Shown: positions 1 to 9,800 of the stretch, in pieces
Layout: every line of letters begins with the position of its first letter
Numbering within the stretch: the stretch's first letter is position 1
NCBI GenBank assembly: GCA_964486045.1
Contig: CAZALK010000014.1
Coordinates: 32,001 to 96,000, forward strand
Direction of reading: 5' to 3'
Source: an uncultured archaeon
Lineage (GTDB): Archaea; Asgardarchaeota; Lokiarchaeia; Sigyniarchaeales; SOKP01
DNA: 64,000 bases
The notes under the pieces: generated by a model
Told to the model about the DNA's origin: nothing
The model's database searches: none
Seen by the model: only the letters and a program-made list of their open reading frames with translations
Translations under genes and position numbers: made by a program

Positions 1-282
1 ATATATTCTGAAAGGCATAAAAACTGAACCTTTCGATTCACATTTATTATTATCGCATCTCGTAGCCATAAGTTTACCTTTACTTAGGTTCTCAAAAAAT
101 GGTGCTTCTCCCCCATAAGAGTGCATGTAAGTCATATCTCTTGGATTAGTAATACCTGCTAAATTACCTGTATCCTTATTGAATATTGGCTGGTTTGCTT
201 CTGGGATGTGAAATACTCCTCTTGGTTTGTATCTACCATTGATAACATCAACAAATCCTTTTTCCTCTTCTTTTTTTGGCAT
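1..282 (-). CDS. DUF35 Zn-ribbon/OB-fold protein, thiolase partner (3' end outside window)
   Basis: Not in ORF track. Hand translation from ATG at 282: MPKKEEEKGF...HSYGGEAPFFENLSKGKLMATRCDNNKCESKGSVFMPFRIY, matching the DUF35 pattern FF..L..GKL...RC..C. Starts 4 bp after the thiolase stop. Confidence 0.85.
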   Translation of the reverse strand, partial: MPKKEEEKGFVDVINGRYKPRGVFHIPEANQPIFNKDTGNLAGITNPRDMTYMHSYGGEAPFFENLSKGKLMATRCDNNKCESKGSVFMPFRIY

Positions 283-286
283 TTTT

Positions 287-1708
287 CTAATCCTCCTTTA
301 TTAACTTATCAGGATCCATTAAAATAGTACAAGTAACGTGAGAACCCACTCCTGCATGGCTTATTGCTAAACCGCGTTTAGCCCCGTTTACCTGCAAACT
401 TGTCCAATCCTTAGGTTTTTCTCGATTAAAGGCTTCCCATTTTTCTTTAGGTTCATGAATTTCATCCCATCTATTCCAAATGTGGTACCCGATTTCAGCA
501 ATTTGCATAAGACCAGTTGCTCCTACTGCATGCATACATCCAATTAAACCTCCACATGGGTTGCTTGGTAATTTCCCAGGTTTCTTAGTATTCGGATTAA
601 TTACATATGCATCTCCGCTCTCAATGTAATCTCTTCCTTCTCCATAAGGTCTAATCCCTATATCTTCATAAGTTTGAATATCACTTATAGTAAACGCATC
701 ATGAAGTTCGACTACATCAAGATCTTCACCTGGATCAACGACGCCTGACATATTATAAGCATAATAGGCAGACATCCGTGCTGCTAAGAAGCTTGAAAAT
801 CCGGGATAACGGTCACCCCCGGGAAATCTTTTTCCCAAATCATCGTACTGACCTATTGTTTCATTTGGTAAAAGAGGTATTTGCATATTACGGCGATCTG
901 CGACTCTTAATGTGTGACTTCCAGCAGCTATGTAAATTCTTAGAGGTTTATCTGTAATCTGATATGCTGTTTTTTCATCACAAACTATTCCACATGCAGA
1001 ACCAACACTCATTAAACAACAATCTAGAGCACGAAGTGGAAATGCAACGACAGGAGAATTGATGACATCATCTACTGTTATCTTCATTGGTCCCTGAGCA
1101 TGAGGATTCATTCTTGCATATCCCCGATTTTTAACAGCTATTTCTGCCATTGTTCTCCGAAATGAATCTTCTTCTTTTCCAAAAACTTTCCAATATCTTT
1201 GAGCCATAACGGCATAATATCCTGTATAAATGTGCCCTAAAGGTGTTTCCCAATCTTTGTCTGCCGCAGCAGAAATAAGATGGTTTCCCTCATCCGTGGG
1301 CACCTCATCCATTCTCTCCCACCCTAATGCGAGGGTACAATCACTATATCCAGAAGCAACTGCTTTTACGGCCTCCCACATTGTGGATCCTCCAGTAGCT
1401 CCTCCCGTTTTTACTCCAATATTTCCAAGGGGATCCAACCCAAGCCTATCGTGGATCACTGATTCTCCTAAGAGTTGATCACCAAAATGATCAGCGAAAT
1501 GACCGTAATAACATGTATGAATGTATTGTTTTAATTCAGAGGGGGTCATATTGACAAAATCTGCGGCAGCTGTAAACGCTTGAATACAAAGCTCCTCAGT
1601 CCGTGTTTCTGGGAACGCTCGATCAAATTTAGACATACCTACTGTAGCTAAATATACCGGTCTCATTAATTTGGGAATTTTTAGTTGTTTATCACTAAAT
1701 TTTATCAT
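287..1708 (-). CDS. SCP-x type thiolase-family protein (nucleophile Cys replaced)
   Basis: VGMSKF start, ELHDAF motif, NPCGGLIGCMHAVGATG motif; GGATGG where C-A-S/T-G is usual. Confidence 0.9.
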   Translation of the reverse strand: MIKFSDKQLKIPKLMRPVYLATVGMSKFDRAFPETRTEELCIQAFTAAADFVNMTPSELKQYIHTCYYGHFADHFGDQLLGESVIHDRLGLDPLGNIGVKTGGATGGSTMWEAVKAVASGYSDCTLALGWERMDEVPTDEGNHLISAAADKDWETPLGHIYTGYYAVMAQRYWKVFGKEEDSFRRTMAEIAVKNRGYARMNPHAQGPMKITVDDVINSPVVAFPLRALDCCLMSVGSACGIVCDEKTAYQITDKPLRIYIAAGSHTLRVADRRNMQIPLLPNETIGQYDDLGKRFPGGDRYPGFSSFLAARMSAYYAYNMSGVVDPGEDLDVVELHDAFTISDIQTYEDIGIRPYGEGRDYIESGDAYVINPNTKKPGKLPSNPCGGLIGCMHAVGATGLMQIAEIGYHIWNRWDEIHEPKEKWEAFNREKPKDWTSLQVNGAKRGLAISHAGVGSHVTCTILMDPDKLIKED

Positions 1709-2010
1709 TATTAAATCACTACTTAGAATTTCACGTTTTTATTATTTTTAGAATTTAGTTTTCTATTAAATTTGATATTTTATTGTTATGTTTTATTTTG
1801 ATTAAAATATTACTAATTAAACCTAATAGTGAGAAGTGGGAAAAAATTCCTACTTCAATTAACTCAGAAATTTTAGAATAAACTTCCTTCACATAAATTA
1901 CGTTGGTTACCTTAAAGATCTTTAAACCAAGGTAAACCTTTATTTGAAATTCTTTTTTAAATAATATTGTAAAAAATTCATAAAATTCAAAATGTTTTTG
2001 ATGATTAATT

Positions 2011-3345
2011 ATGGATACGAGAATAACAGAATTTAAACCAATAAAAATTGTAAGATATGTGCCGGAATTAGACTTATTAAGTAATCCCATTCTTAATGCT
2101 AAAGAAAAGGAGTTCTTAGCTGATTTATATGATTTCATGGAAAAAGAACTTGATCCAGAATTAAAAAAGTTGGAAGATTTAAATTATTTAGTCGAAGTAC
2201 CGACCCAAGATAAAAAGAGAGACATTGTTATAGGCATAATGAAGAAATTGGCTGAAAATGGGTACTATTCTACTATTCTTAATGCTGAAGATTACGAAAT
2301 AGGAAGAATAGTAAGGAATGCGCTTATAGCGTTCGCTATTTGTGGGGGTAGATGGAGTGATTACAGTGAAAGGTATATAGCTGGAAATTATAGCATAGAG
2401 ATGGGAAGGCTATCAGGTGGTACACTTTACTGTAATCCCATAAATTTTGCTTCTGACGAGTCTCAAAAGGAGCAATTCTTAATACCTGTTGCCAAAGATG
2501 GTCAAATCGGTGCTTCAGCAATGACTGAATTTAATGCAGGTTCAGATATCTTTAGGATGGAAATGAGATTTCATGAGAAGGATAACAAAATAATCGTAAA
2601 AGGTAAGAAACTCTTTATAACCAATGGGATGATTGCTGATTACATCGTTGTATATTGAAGATTAGATAATGGACAACTAGGCGCTGTAATCGTTGACACA
2701 GAACATCAAAAGTTAAAGAATTTTCGAAGTACAAGAGTGAGAACGTATGGGATGACAGATGCTTTTGTCAGTCGTTTAATTTTTGATAAGGTAGAACTTC
2801 CAAAAGAAAATATGCTCCACGGACATGGACTTGATATTGCTTTTCACCAATTGACTGAAGAACGTCTAGTTATAAGTGCAGAAGCTCTTGGAGATGCAAT
2901 GAAAAAAATACTTTATTCTCATGCCTATGCTCTACAGCGCATGCAGTTTGAGAAAAGATTACATCAATATCAAGTTATTCGTTTTCCTATTTCTAAAAAG
3001 ATAAGAGAATTAAATTTAATGTTTTCAGCATTAATCCAATATGCTAGACAAATGGATGAACATCCAGAATTAGCAGATTCAAAATTAATGGCAGCTAATG
3101 CAATGGGATTGAAAATTAGCTCTACAGAATTAGGATTCGAAAGTTCCATTCATTGTTTTAGAACTTTAGGAGGACGCGGATTCACACGACAGTATGCTAA
3201 TGAAATTGGGTTATTAGATTCATATTGTATGCTCCACGGAGGAGGATCTAATTATGTTTTAGAAGATAGTGAATCTAGGAGATTCTTTAAATATAAACCT
3301 ACTCGAGGAGAAGTTGAAGATGTTATTCACAAAATTGATTATTAA
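2011..3345 (+). pseudogene. Acyl-CoA dehydrogenase interrupted by in-frame TGA (2656-2658)
   Basis: AMTEFNAGSD, GKKLFITNG, R-MQFEKRL-HQYQVI and LGGRGF motifs. ORFs 2011-2658 and 2737-3345 share a frame and read through as YIVVY*RLDNGQLGAVIVD. Confidence 0.8.
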
Positions 3346-3471
3346 TAGATAATCAAATTTAAGGATATATTTTTCAAATAGCCTTTTTTGTTATTATCAA
3401 TTTCTATTTAGTTTTATTATAAATCTTTAGAGGATAAGTTATTAAATATCTTAACCTTATTATTATAGTTA

Positions 3472-4446
3472 ATGGCTTCTTACGACACTCAAGGTTTCGA
3501 TATAACCCCGTTAATCGAGCAATACCGGGGAAAAAAATTGGAAGAACTTTATCAAGAAAACCATAGAATTGTCAAAAATGGAATGGGAGATTTCATGGAA
3601 TTTTATTGGCGAGAAGAAGATTTTCCCTGTAATATAAATCTTTATCATACAAGAAAAAAGCTACTGCATAACTTAAAGACAGTTCATTATATTGGCGAAT
3701 TTATAGAAAATAGGCTGAAAGGTAGAGGAATAAGATCATTAAGAGACTTGAGATTTTTAAACTTTAGATATAGAGATTCTGCTAACCATATTTTGAAATT
3801 AATAAAATTAAAAGATTATGATAATCTTAAGAAGAATAAATATGTTGATGATTTAGATGTTAGCTTCTGCTTCAATGTTGAAGATTTACTCTTTCTAGAT
3901 ATTGAGACACTAGGGCTATACGATAATGCCATAATTATTGTTGGGATTGGATTTTTTAAAAATAAGAACTTTGAAATCCATCTTTTTTTTGCTCGGAGTT
4001 TAGAAGATGAAATTGCAATTTGTGAGCATTTAAAGAGTGATATTCTTCCCAATTTTAAGTGTTTTGTATCGTACAATGGAAAACGGTTCGATATTCCATA
4101 TATAGCTAATCGATTTCTTTACTATTTTGATGAAAATCCGATGATTTCTGAAAAGGATACACCTTATGAAATCAGTAATACAAAATTCCATCATATAGAT
4201 CTTTATCACATTTGCCGTCGTCGATTTAGGGGCATGTTTGAACGATATACGCTTACAAATATAGAAGAGCAATTGTTAAATATGAAAAGAGAAAATGAGC
4301 TTCCAAGTAGGATGGTTCCTATTTGCTATAAAAAATACCAAAAAAATCCTAACAGATATAGTGGATTAATTAAAGAGTGTATTGAACACAATTACTTTGA
4401 TGTCTATTCGATGCCTCTTATCCTAAATAAATTATTAGAATCCTAG
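3472..4446 (+). CDS. YprB/RNase_H_2-like DEDD exonuclease
   Basis: FLDIETLGL, SYNGKRFDIP, HIDLY, HNYFDV motifs; HhH-like segment near the N-terminus. Confidence 0.8.
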   Translation: MASYDTQGFDITPLIEQYRGKKLEELYQENHRIVKNGMGDFMEFYWREEDFPCNINLYHTRKKLLHNLKTVHYIGEFIENRLKGRGIRSLRDLRFLNFRYRDSANHILKLIKLKDYDNLKKNKYVDDLDVSFCFNVEDLLFLDIETLGLYDNAIIIVGIGFFKNKNFEIHLFFARSLEDEIAICEHLKSDILPNFKCFVSYNGKRFDIPYIANRFLYYFDENPMISEKDTPYEISNTKFHHIDLYHICRRRFRGMFERYTLTNIEEQLLNMKRENELPSRMVPICYKKYQKNPNRYSGLIKECIEHNYFDVYSMPLILNKLLES

Positions 4447-4565
4447 GTAAAAAATGTATAAAAATAAGAACATAAATCTTTAGTTATACTCACTCAGGAT
4501 TTTAATACACATAAAATAGCTTTATTGATCAATCTGATAATTTTTTTTTTTAGAAAATAAGTAAT

Positions 4566-4946
4566 CTAGTTCTTTTTGTTTTTTATAATTCTTTTAATTG
4601 CGGCAGAAACTTCATCATCTTTAAAGGGCTTTGTAATATATTCTTTTGCTCCTTTCTCTACAGCTTCAGCAATCGAAGATTCTTGACCCATAGCACTAAC
4701 AACAATAATATTGGCAGCGTTATCTAAAGTCACAATTTCATCAATAGCTTGAATTCCATCATGATTTGGCATAACCAAATCCATTATGACTAAATCAGGT
4801 TTTAAATTTTTATATAGTAATACCGCGTCTTCTCCATTAGTCGCTTCTCCAACCACTTGAACAAAATCTATTTTCTCAACTATTTTTTTAAGTTTAATTC
4901 TTACGAAAGTCGCGTCATCAACAATGAGAACTCCCTTTTTCTTCAT
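4566..4946 (-). CDS. Stand-alone CheY-like response regulator
   Basis: VLIVDD, IMDLVMP (phospho-Asp), VVSA, YITKPF. Confidence 0.9.
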   Translation of the reverse strand: MKKKGVLIVDDATFVRIKLKKIVEKIDFVQVVGEATNGEDAVLLYKNLKPDLVIMDLVMPNHDGIQAIDEIVTLDNAANIIVVSAMGQESSIAEAVEKGAKEYITKPFKDDEVSAAIKRIIKNKKN

Positions 4947-5182
4947 TTCATCATCTTTTTTTTTATTAAACGTGCTTTTGACTCAATATTAGTAAAAGAA
5001 GTTCGTTTTAAACTTTGGGTTAATCTCTTATTACGGATACCATGTATAGTACATCTATAGAACAATTAGTTTATACCCAAAAATAATTAATGACAATTTA
5101 GTTTTAAGAAGAATAATTTTACCCAAACTGAAAATGAAAATCAAAGTAAGTTTAATTACCAAATAATCACTTTAAAAATCTG

Positions 5183-6874
5183 ATGGAAATGAATGAATTA
5201 GTCGAAAAGTTATTCGATCAGAAATGGAATTATAAAAATCGCAACAATATAATTAATAGATTACAAGAAAATTACTATGATATTATGGTAATAGGTGCGG
5301 GTATTACTGGGGCAGGAGTTGCTAGAGAAGCAGCATTACGAGGATTAAAAGTTGCTTGTGTGGATATGCAAGACTTTGCTGCTGGTACCTCTTCAAGAAG
5401 TTCAAAAATGGCACACGGGGGTTTAAGATATCTTACTTATGGTGAAATAGATTTAGTGAAAGATGCTACTCAAGAAAGAAATTGGATGCGAGTTCACATT
5501 CCACATTTAGTAAGACCACTTCCCTTTTTAATCCTATTTAAAAAGGAAGGAACATATAAAAAGCGCGTAATACAATCTGCAGTAAAGATTTATGATTTTT
5601 TGGGTGAAAATAATTCAGAATTTAAAAACTTTAAACCATTTAAAGAATACTCCCCTGAGGGAATTTCTGAAATAGAACCTACTTATTTAAATGAAGGAAT
5701 TTTAGGAGGTTATGTGTATTACGATACAAACATAGATGACGCACGACTAACAATTGAGATTTTAAAAGAAGCAATAGTTAGAGGAGCAGATATAGTAAAT
5801 TACTGCAAAGTTATAGACTATACTAATGAAAATGGAAAAGTAAATGGAGTTATTTGTAAAGATTTAGAAAAAGATTTTCAATTTGAAATTAAAGCAAAAT
5901 TAGTTGTTAATGCTACTGGTGTTTGGACAGATCAATTGTTAGTTAATTATCCTGATGATATTCCAAAACCTTTAATTAGACCTACTAAGGGTGTCCATAT
6001 TCAAATTAGACGAGAATGCATAAAAAATAACTTTGCTGTGGTTTTAAGCTCAGTTGATGATAACCGTATTTTTTTTGTCATCCCCCGTAATGAAGATTTT
6101 ACAATAATTGGTACAACTGATACGGATTACCAAGGTGATTTAGCTAATCCTTTCTGTAATAAAGATGATGCTGATTATCTAATTAAATCGACTAAACATT
6201 ATTTTCCAGATGCAAATCTAAGTTATGAAAACATACTTTCAACTTACGCTGGAATAAGACCCCTAGTAAGGCAAAAAGGAAAATTGGAGAGTGAAGTTTC
6301 AAGATCACATATTGTTTTTTTTTCTGATGATGGATTGTTAACAATTACAGGAGGAAAACTGACAGAATGGCGATCCATGGCTGAAAATTTGTTTGAAAAA
6401 ATTAATGAGAAAAAAATTTTAGGGGAGATAAAACGGGAGAAAAATTTTTCAAGAAAAAAATTTATCATTACTTTAGAAAAAGAAGAATGGTTAAATGAAT
6501 TAAAAAACTCAGGAGTTATGATACTTGAAAGCATTGCTGATCACTTATATCAACAATATGGAAAAGGAGCCATAAAGATTCTTGAAATTCTGCAAGAGGA
6601 TGAAACTTTAAAAGAAAAAATTATTGAAGAAAATAACTTCATTAAAGCAGAAATCATCTATTGTCTAAGAAACGAATTAACACCACATCTGATTGATGTT
6701 TTTTGTCGTCGAACTGAAATGTTTCTCTGGATAACTCCGAATTCCGTGCTTGAAGCTACAGAGAAAGTAGCTAAACTTATGGAAAAGGAATACTCCTGGA
6801 CTGAGGATAAAAAGAATCAGGAAATTGAAACTTATCTTGAATACAATAAAAAAACTCTTGAATTTCTACTCTAA
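5183..6874 (+). CDS. glpD: FAD-dependent glycerol-3-phosphate dehydrogenase/oxidase
   Basis: IGAGITGAG, GTSSRSSKMAHGGLRYL, DDARL, GTTD, AGIRPL, GGKLT. Confidence 0.93.
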   Translation: MEMNELVEKLFDQKWNYKNRNNIINRLQENYYDIMVIGAGITGAGVAREAALRGLKVACVDMQDFAAGTSSRSSKMAHGGLRYLTYGEIDLVKDATQERNWMRVHIPHLVRPLPFLILFKKEGTYKKRVIQSAVKIYDFLGENNSEFKNFKPFKEYSPEGISEIEPTYLNEGILGGYVYYDTNIDDARLTIEILKEAIVRGADIVNYCKVIDYTNENGKVNGVICKDLEKDFQFEIKAKLVVNATGVWTDQLLVNYPDDIPKPLIRPTKGVHIQIRRECIKNNFAVVLSSVDDNRIFFVIPRNEDFTIIGTTDTDYQGDLANPFCNKDDADYLIKSTKHYFPDANLSYENILSTYAGIRPLVRQKGKLESEVSRSHIVFFSDDGLLTITGGKLTEWRSMAENLFEKINEKKILGEIKREKNFSRKKFIITLEKEEWLNELKNSGVMILESIADHLYQQYGKGAIKILEILQEDETLKEKIIEENNFIKAEIIYCLRNELTPHLIDVFCRRTEMFLWITPNSVLEATEKVAKLMEKEYSWTEDKKNQEIETYLEYNKKTLEFLL

Positions 6875-9800
6875 ATTTTAACTGAAATTAAATAATTCAA
6901 AATTTCTCGAATTACACTATACTTAAAAGGAATATCTTTTATTTTTGATAACGATTGAATGCTAGCATGTTGATTAATACTAAGTTGATTTAAAATCTCT
7001 TTTATTAAAAAAATAAGATCTTTAAAATAAGATGTTAAAGCTTGATAGAAATTATGATCTTTTTTCTTGTCTAGAAGCCAATTCATTAGAAGAATATCAT
7101 TATTTCTGAAATATACTTTTAACTGGTTAATTATAAAAGAGTTTTTTACCTTCACAGAAAAATTAAAAAGTTTATCATACAAGACACCACATATAATATT
7201 TCTCAGTTTTCTTGGAAAAGAATTAATTTGATTAGTACCCTTGTAAAGAGTAATACTTGTGATTTTATTTCTCTCAAAAAAATTATTAGAACCAATCACT
7301 TTTTGTTCTCCCAAATATTGTATTATATACTTCTTTATTGTCTCCTTATCTGGAATAACATTATTACCAATATCTCTTAAATATTCTCTTATTCTAGATA
7401 GATTTCCTAACTTTTTATATAAATAAACATAAAATTTTGCTTTCTCACTTTCATAAGTAGTGTATCGATAAACTAAAGCTTCTGAAATTGCTCTATCAAT
7501 CATATTATCTGTGATCTTTTCTAGGAAAGGATATCCAAATAGATTTTTAATATCATTTCTTAAAAATTCAGTTTCACACCAAACCTTTAGCAGATCTGCA
7601 TTTTTTTTTGTGTACTTGAATATCATTTCATTATTTTTGTTCTTCCATATATTAATTTGATGTTCCATTAATTCCACTATATCTTTACCTAAACTTAGAT
7701 AGATCAATTGACATCCTAAAAAAATTCGTCTTTTTCGTTCAGTTATTTTTTGAGGCTTTATTTTATTAAAAAATTCCTTAATTTGAGACTTACTTGAAAT
7801 ATAAACTTGATATTCCGGATTTCCATTTTCCTTATTAGATTTTATGATATTTCCAGTCTTTATACCTAAAATTGAACACATTTGAATGAAATCTTTGCAA
7901 AGAGGTAGAGAACTATTCGAAAATGCTAAGTTTAGAGTATTTCTATTCTTGATAACAGAAATACTTCCATCAGTATCAAACAAACCTCTCAAAGAAGAAA
8001 TTAAAAAAACTTTGCCTTCAGATTTATCAAAATAAACCCAATCAGGAACGTCTACTTCATTTTTAACTTTATTTCCTGGAATTAATCCTTTCTTTTGAAT
8101 TGATTTTCCTAATTCATAAATTGCATAATGTACCGACTTTCTTTGTGAAATAAGTACAACAGATTTTGGAGAAAGCTTGTGATTGAAATATTCAACAAAA
8201 TTAGAATTTTTTTTGAATAATTTATCAATAATCTCGTGTTTAACATATTTAACATAATCAGGGTCATCAATAATATTGAGTGCAATAGTTGTACTACTTC
8301 CGTTTTTATCGAGATGTCCATCTCCGAGCATTATTGATATGAATTCTGCTGATATTTCGGTTCTTTCTATTGGTATATATTTATCTTGTCCAATATAAAC
8401 ATCATGAGGGATAAAGTCTTGGTTAAATATTTTTTTTAATGTATCTTCTCCAACTAAATTATTCAATTTAAAAAAATTCTCTTCTTTCATGCGACGACCT
8501 TTAGATATTTTGGAAAAATCTTGACCAATAATTTTATTAATTTCCTTGACTCTAATATTTCGATCTTTCAAGATTTCTCTAATCTTACTTAGTACTGAAG
8601 TCTTAACTTTAATCCATTTAGTAGGTAGAACATAAATTTTCTCACCATTGTTAAGAAATCTGTTCTTCTCTTCAGAATCTTTGTATTCTGCTAAATTAGA
8701 AACTATCTCATCTTGACTTATCAATTTTTGGTTTAAAATCTTTTTAGGTTCAATAATATCATATAATCCATTTTTCACATTAGTTTGTAAAACTTGATTA
8801 AAACTTTCTCCTATTAATGAATCAAGTTCTCCAATAGATAGCTTTTTTAATAATAATTTAAGTCTGGATTTATCTTCTTCATTATCTTGTTTTTTTTGAA
8901 TAATTTCAATAATTTTAGATTTCTCATTCATGGTTAATTCTGTAGTTTTATATAAATTCTCCCTTAAAATCTCCTTTAAATTTTGAATTGAAGAAATTTC
9001 TCCATTTAAAATTTGATGGATTGCCTTCTCTTTCTTGATAATTTCTAATTTTTGAGACAAACACTTGACAATCTTGTTTCCTTCCAAGATTAAACTTTGT
9101 TCCATCCAATTTCTACTATAATTTTCATAAATACCAAGAAATCTTTTTAAAATTTCAAATAGTTCAAAAAATCTCGGATCATATTTCTCAATACGTCCTT
9201 GTATGAGTTTTTCCTTATCGTCTTTCAAAATTTTTTTGTTAAATAGGATGGTTCTAATTTCACAATACGTTTTTATTACAGTTTCTAATTCCTCTTTAAC
9301 CTCTTTAGATATTTCCTTGTTCGAAACCTTATGAATAAGATTATTTAGTAAAAGTGCCCATTTTTCTCTTATTTGAAAGGACTTCTCTAGGAATTCTTCA
9401 AATTTTTCAGTATTCTCAGGTGATTTGTCTAGATTTTTTAATTGTTCTGTTCTTCTAGAAATATATGATAAAAACTCTCTGGTTTTTTTTGAAATGTAAA
9501 GATTAGCTACTCTTTTTCCAGATGTTCTAATTATTTCGTTATAATACCTGCGAAACCAATCAAAATTCATAAATAATGGTCTAGCAATATAACTTTTCTC
9601 AATTAATATGTGCTCAAATTTATTTACTTCTTCTTCAAACTCCTCTTCTGAAATTTCTTTAGTTTTTAATTTTTCAAGCAATTCTCTGAGAGTCACATAT
9701 TTCTCAAGGAATTTAATAAGTTTTTCCTTACCATCTTTTGGGAACTCTGATTTTTTAATGCTATTTGCTAAATATTGCGCCCATTCTTCATTAAATTCTC

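Noticed and set aside
3346-3471. SECIS element after the acyl-CoA dehydrogenase
   Set aside because: Very AT-rich with no stable stem or AUGA/GA core visible by eye; a covariance-model search is still needed.
4566-4946. CheY as part of a chemotaxis cluster
   Set aside because: No cheA/W/B/R or kinase gene in the window; it is an orphan receiver.
7700-8400. LAGLIDADG domain as part of an intein or intron
   Set aside because: No Hint splicing motifs or recognisable extein, and no interrupted RNA gene.
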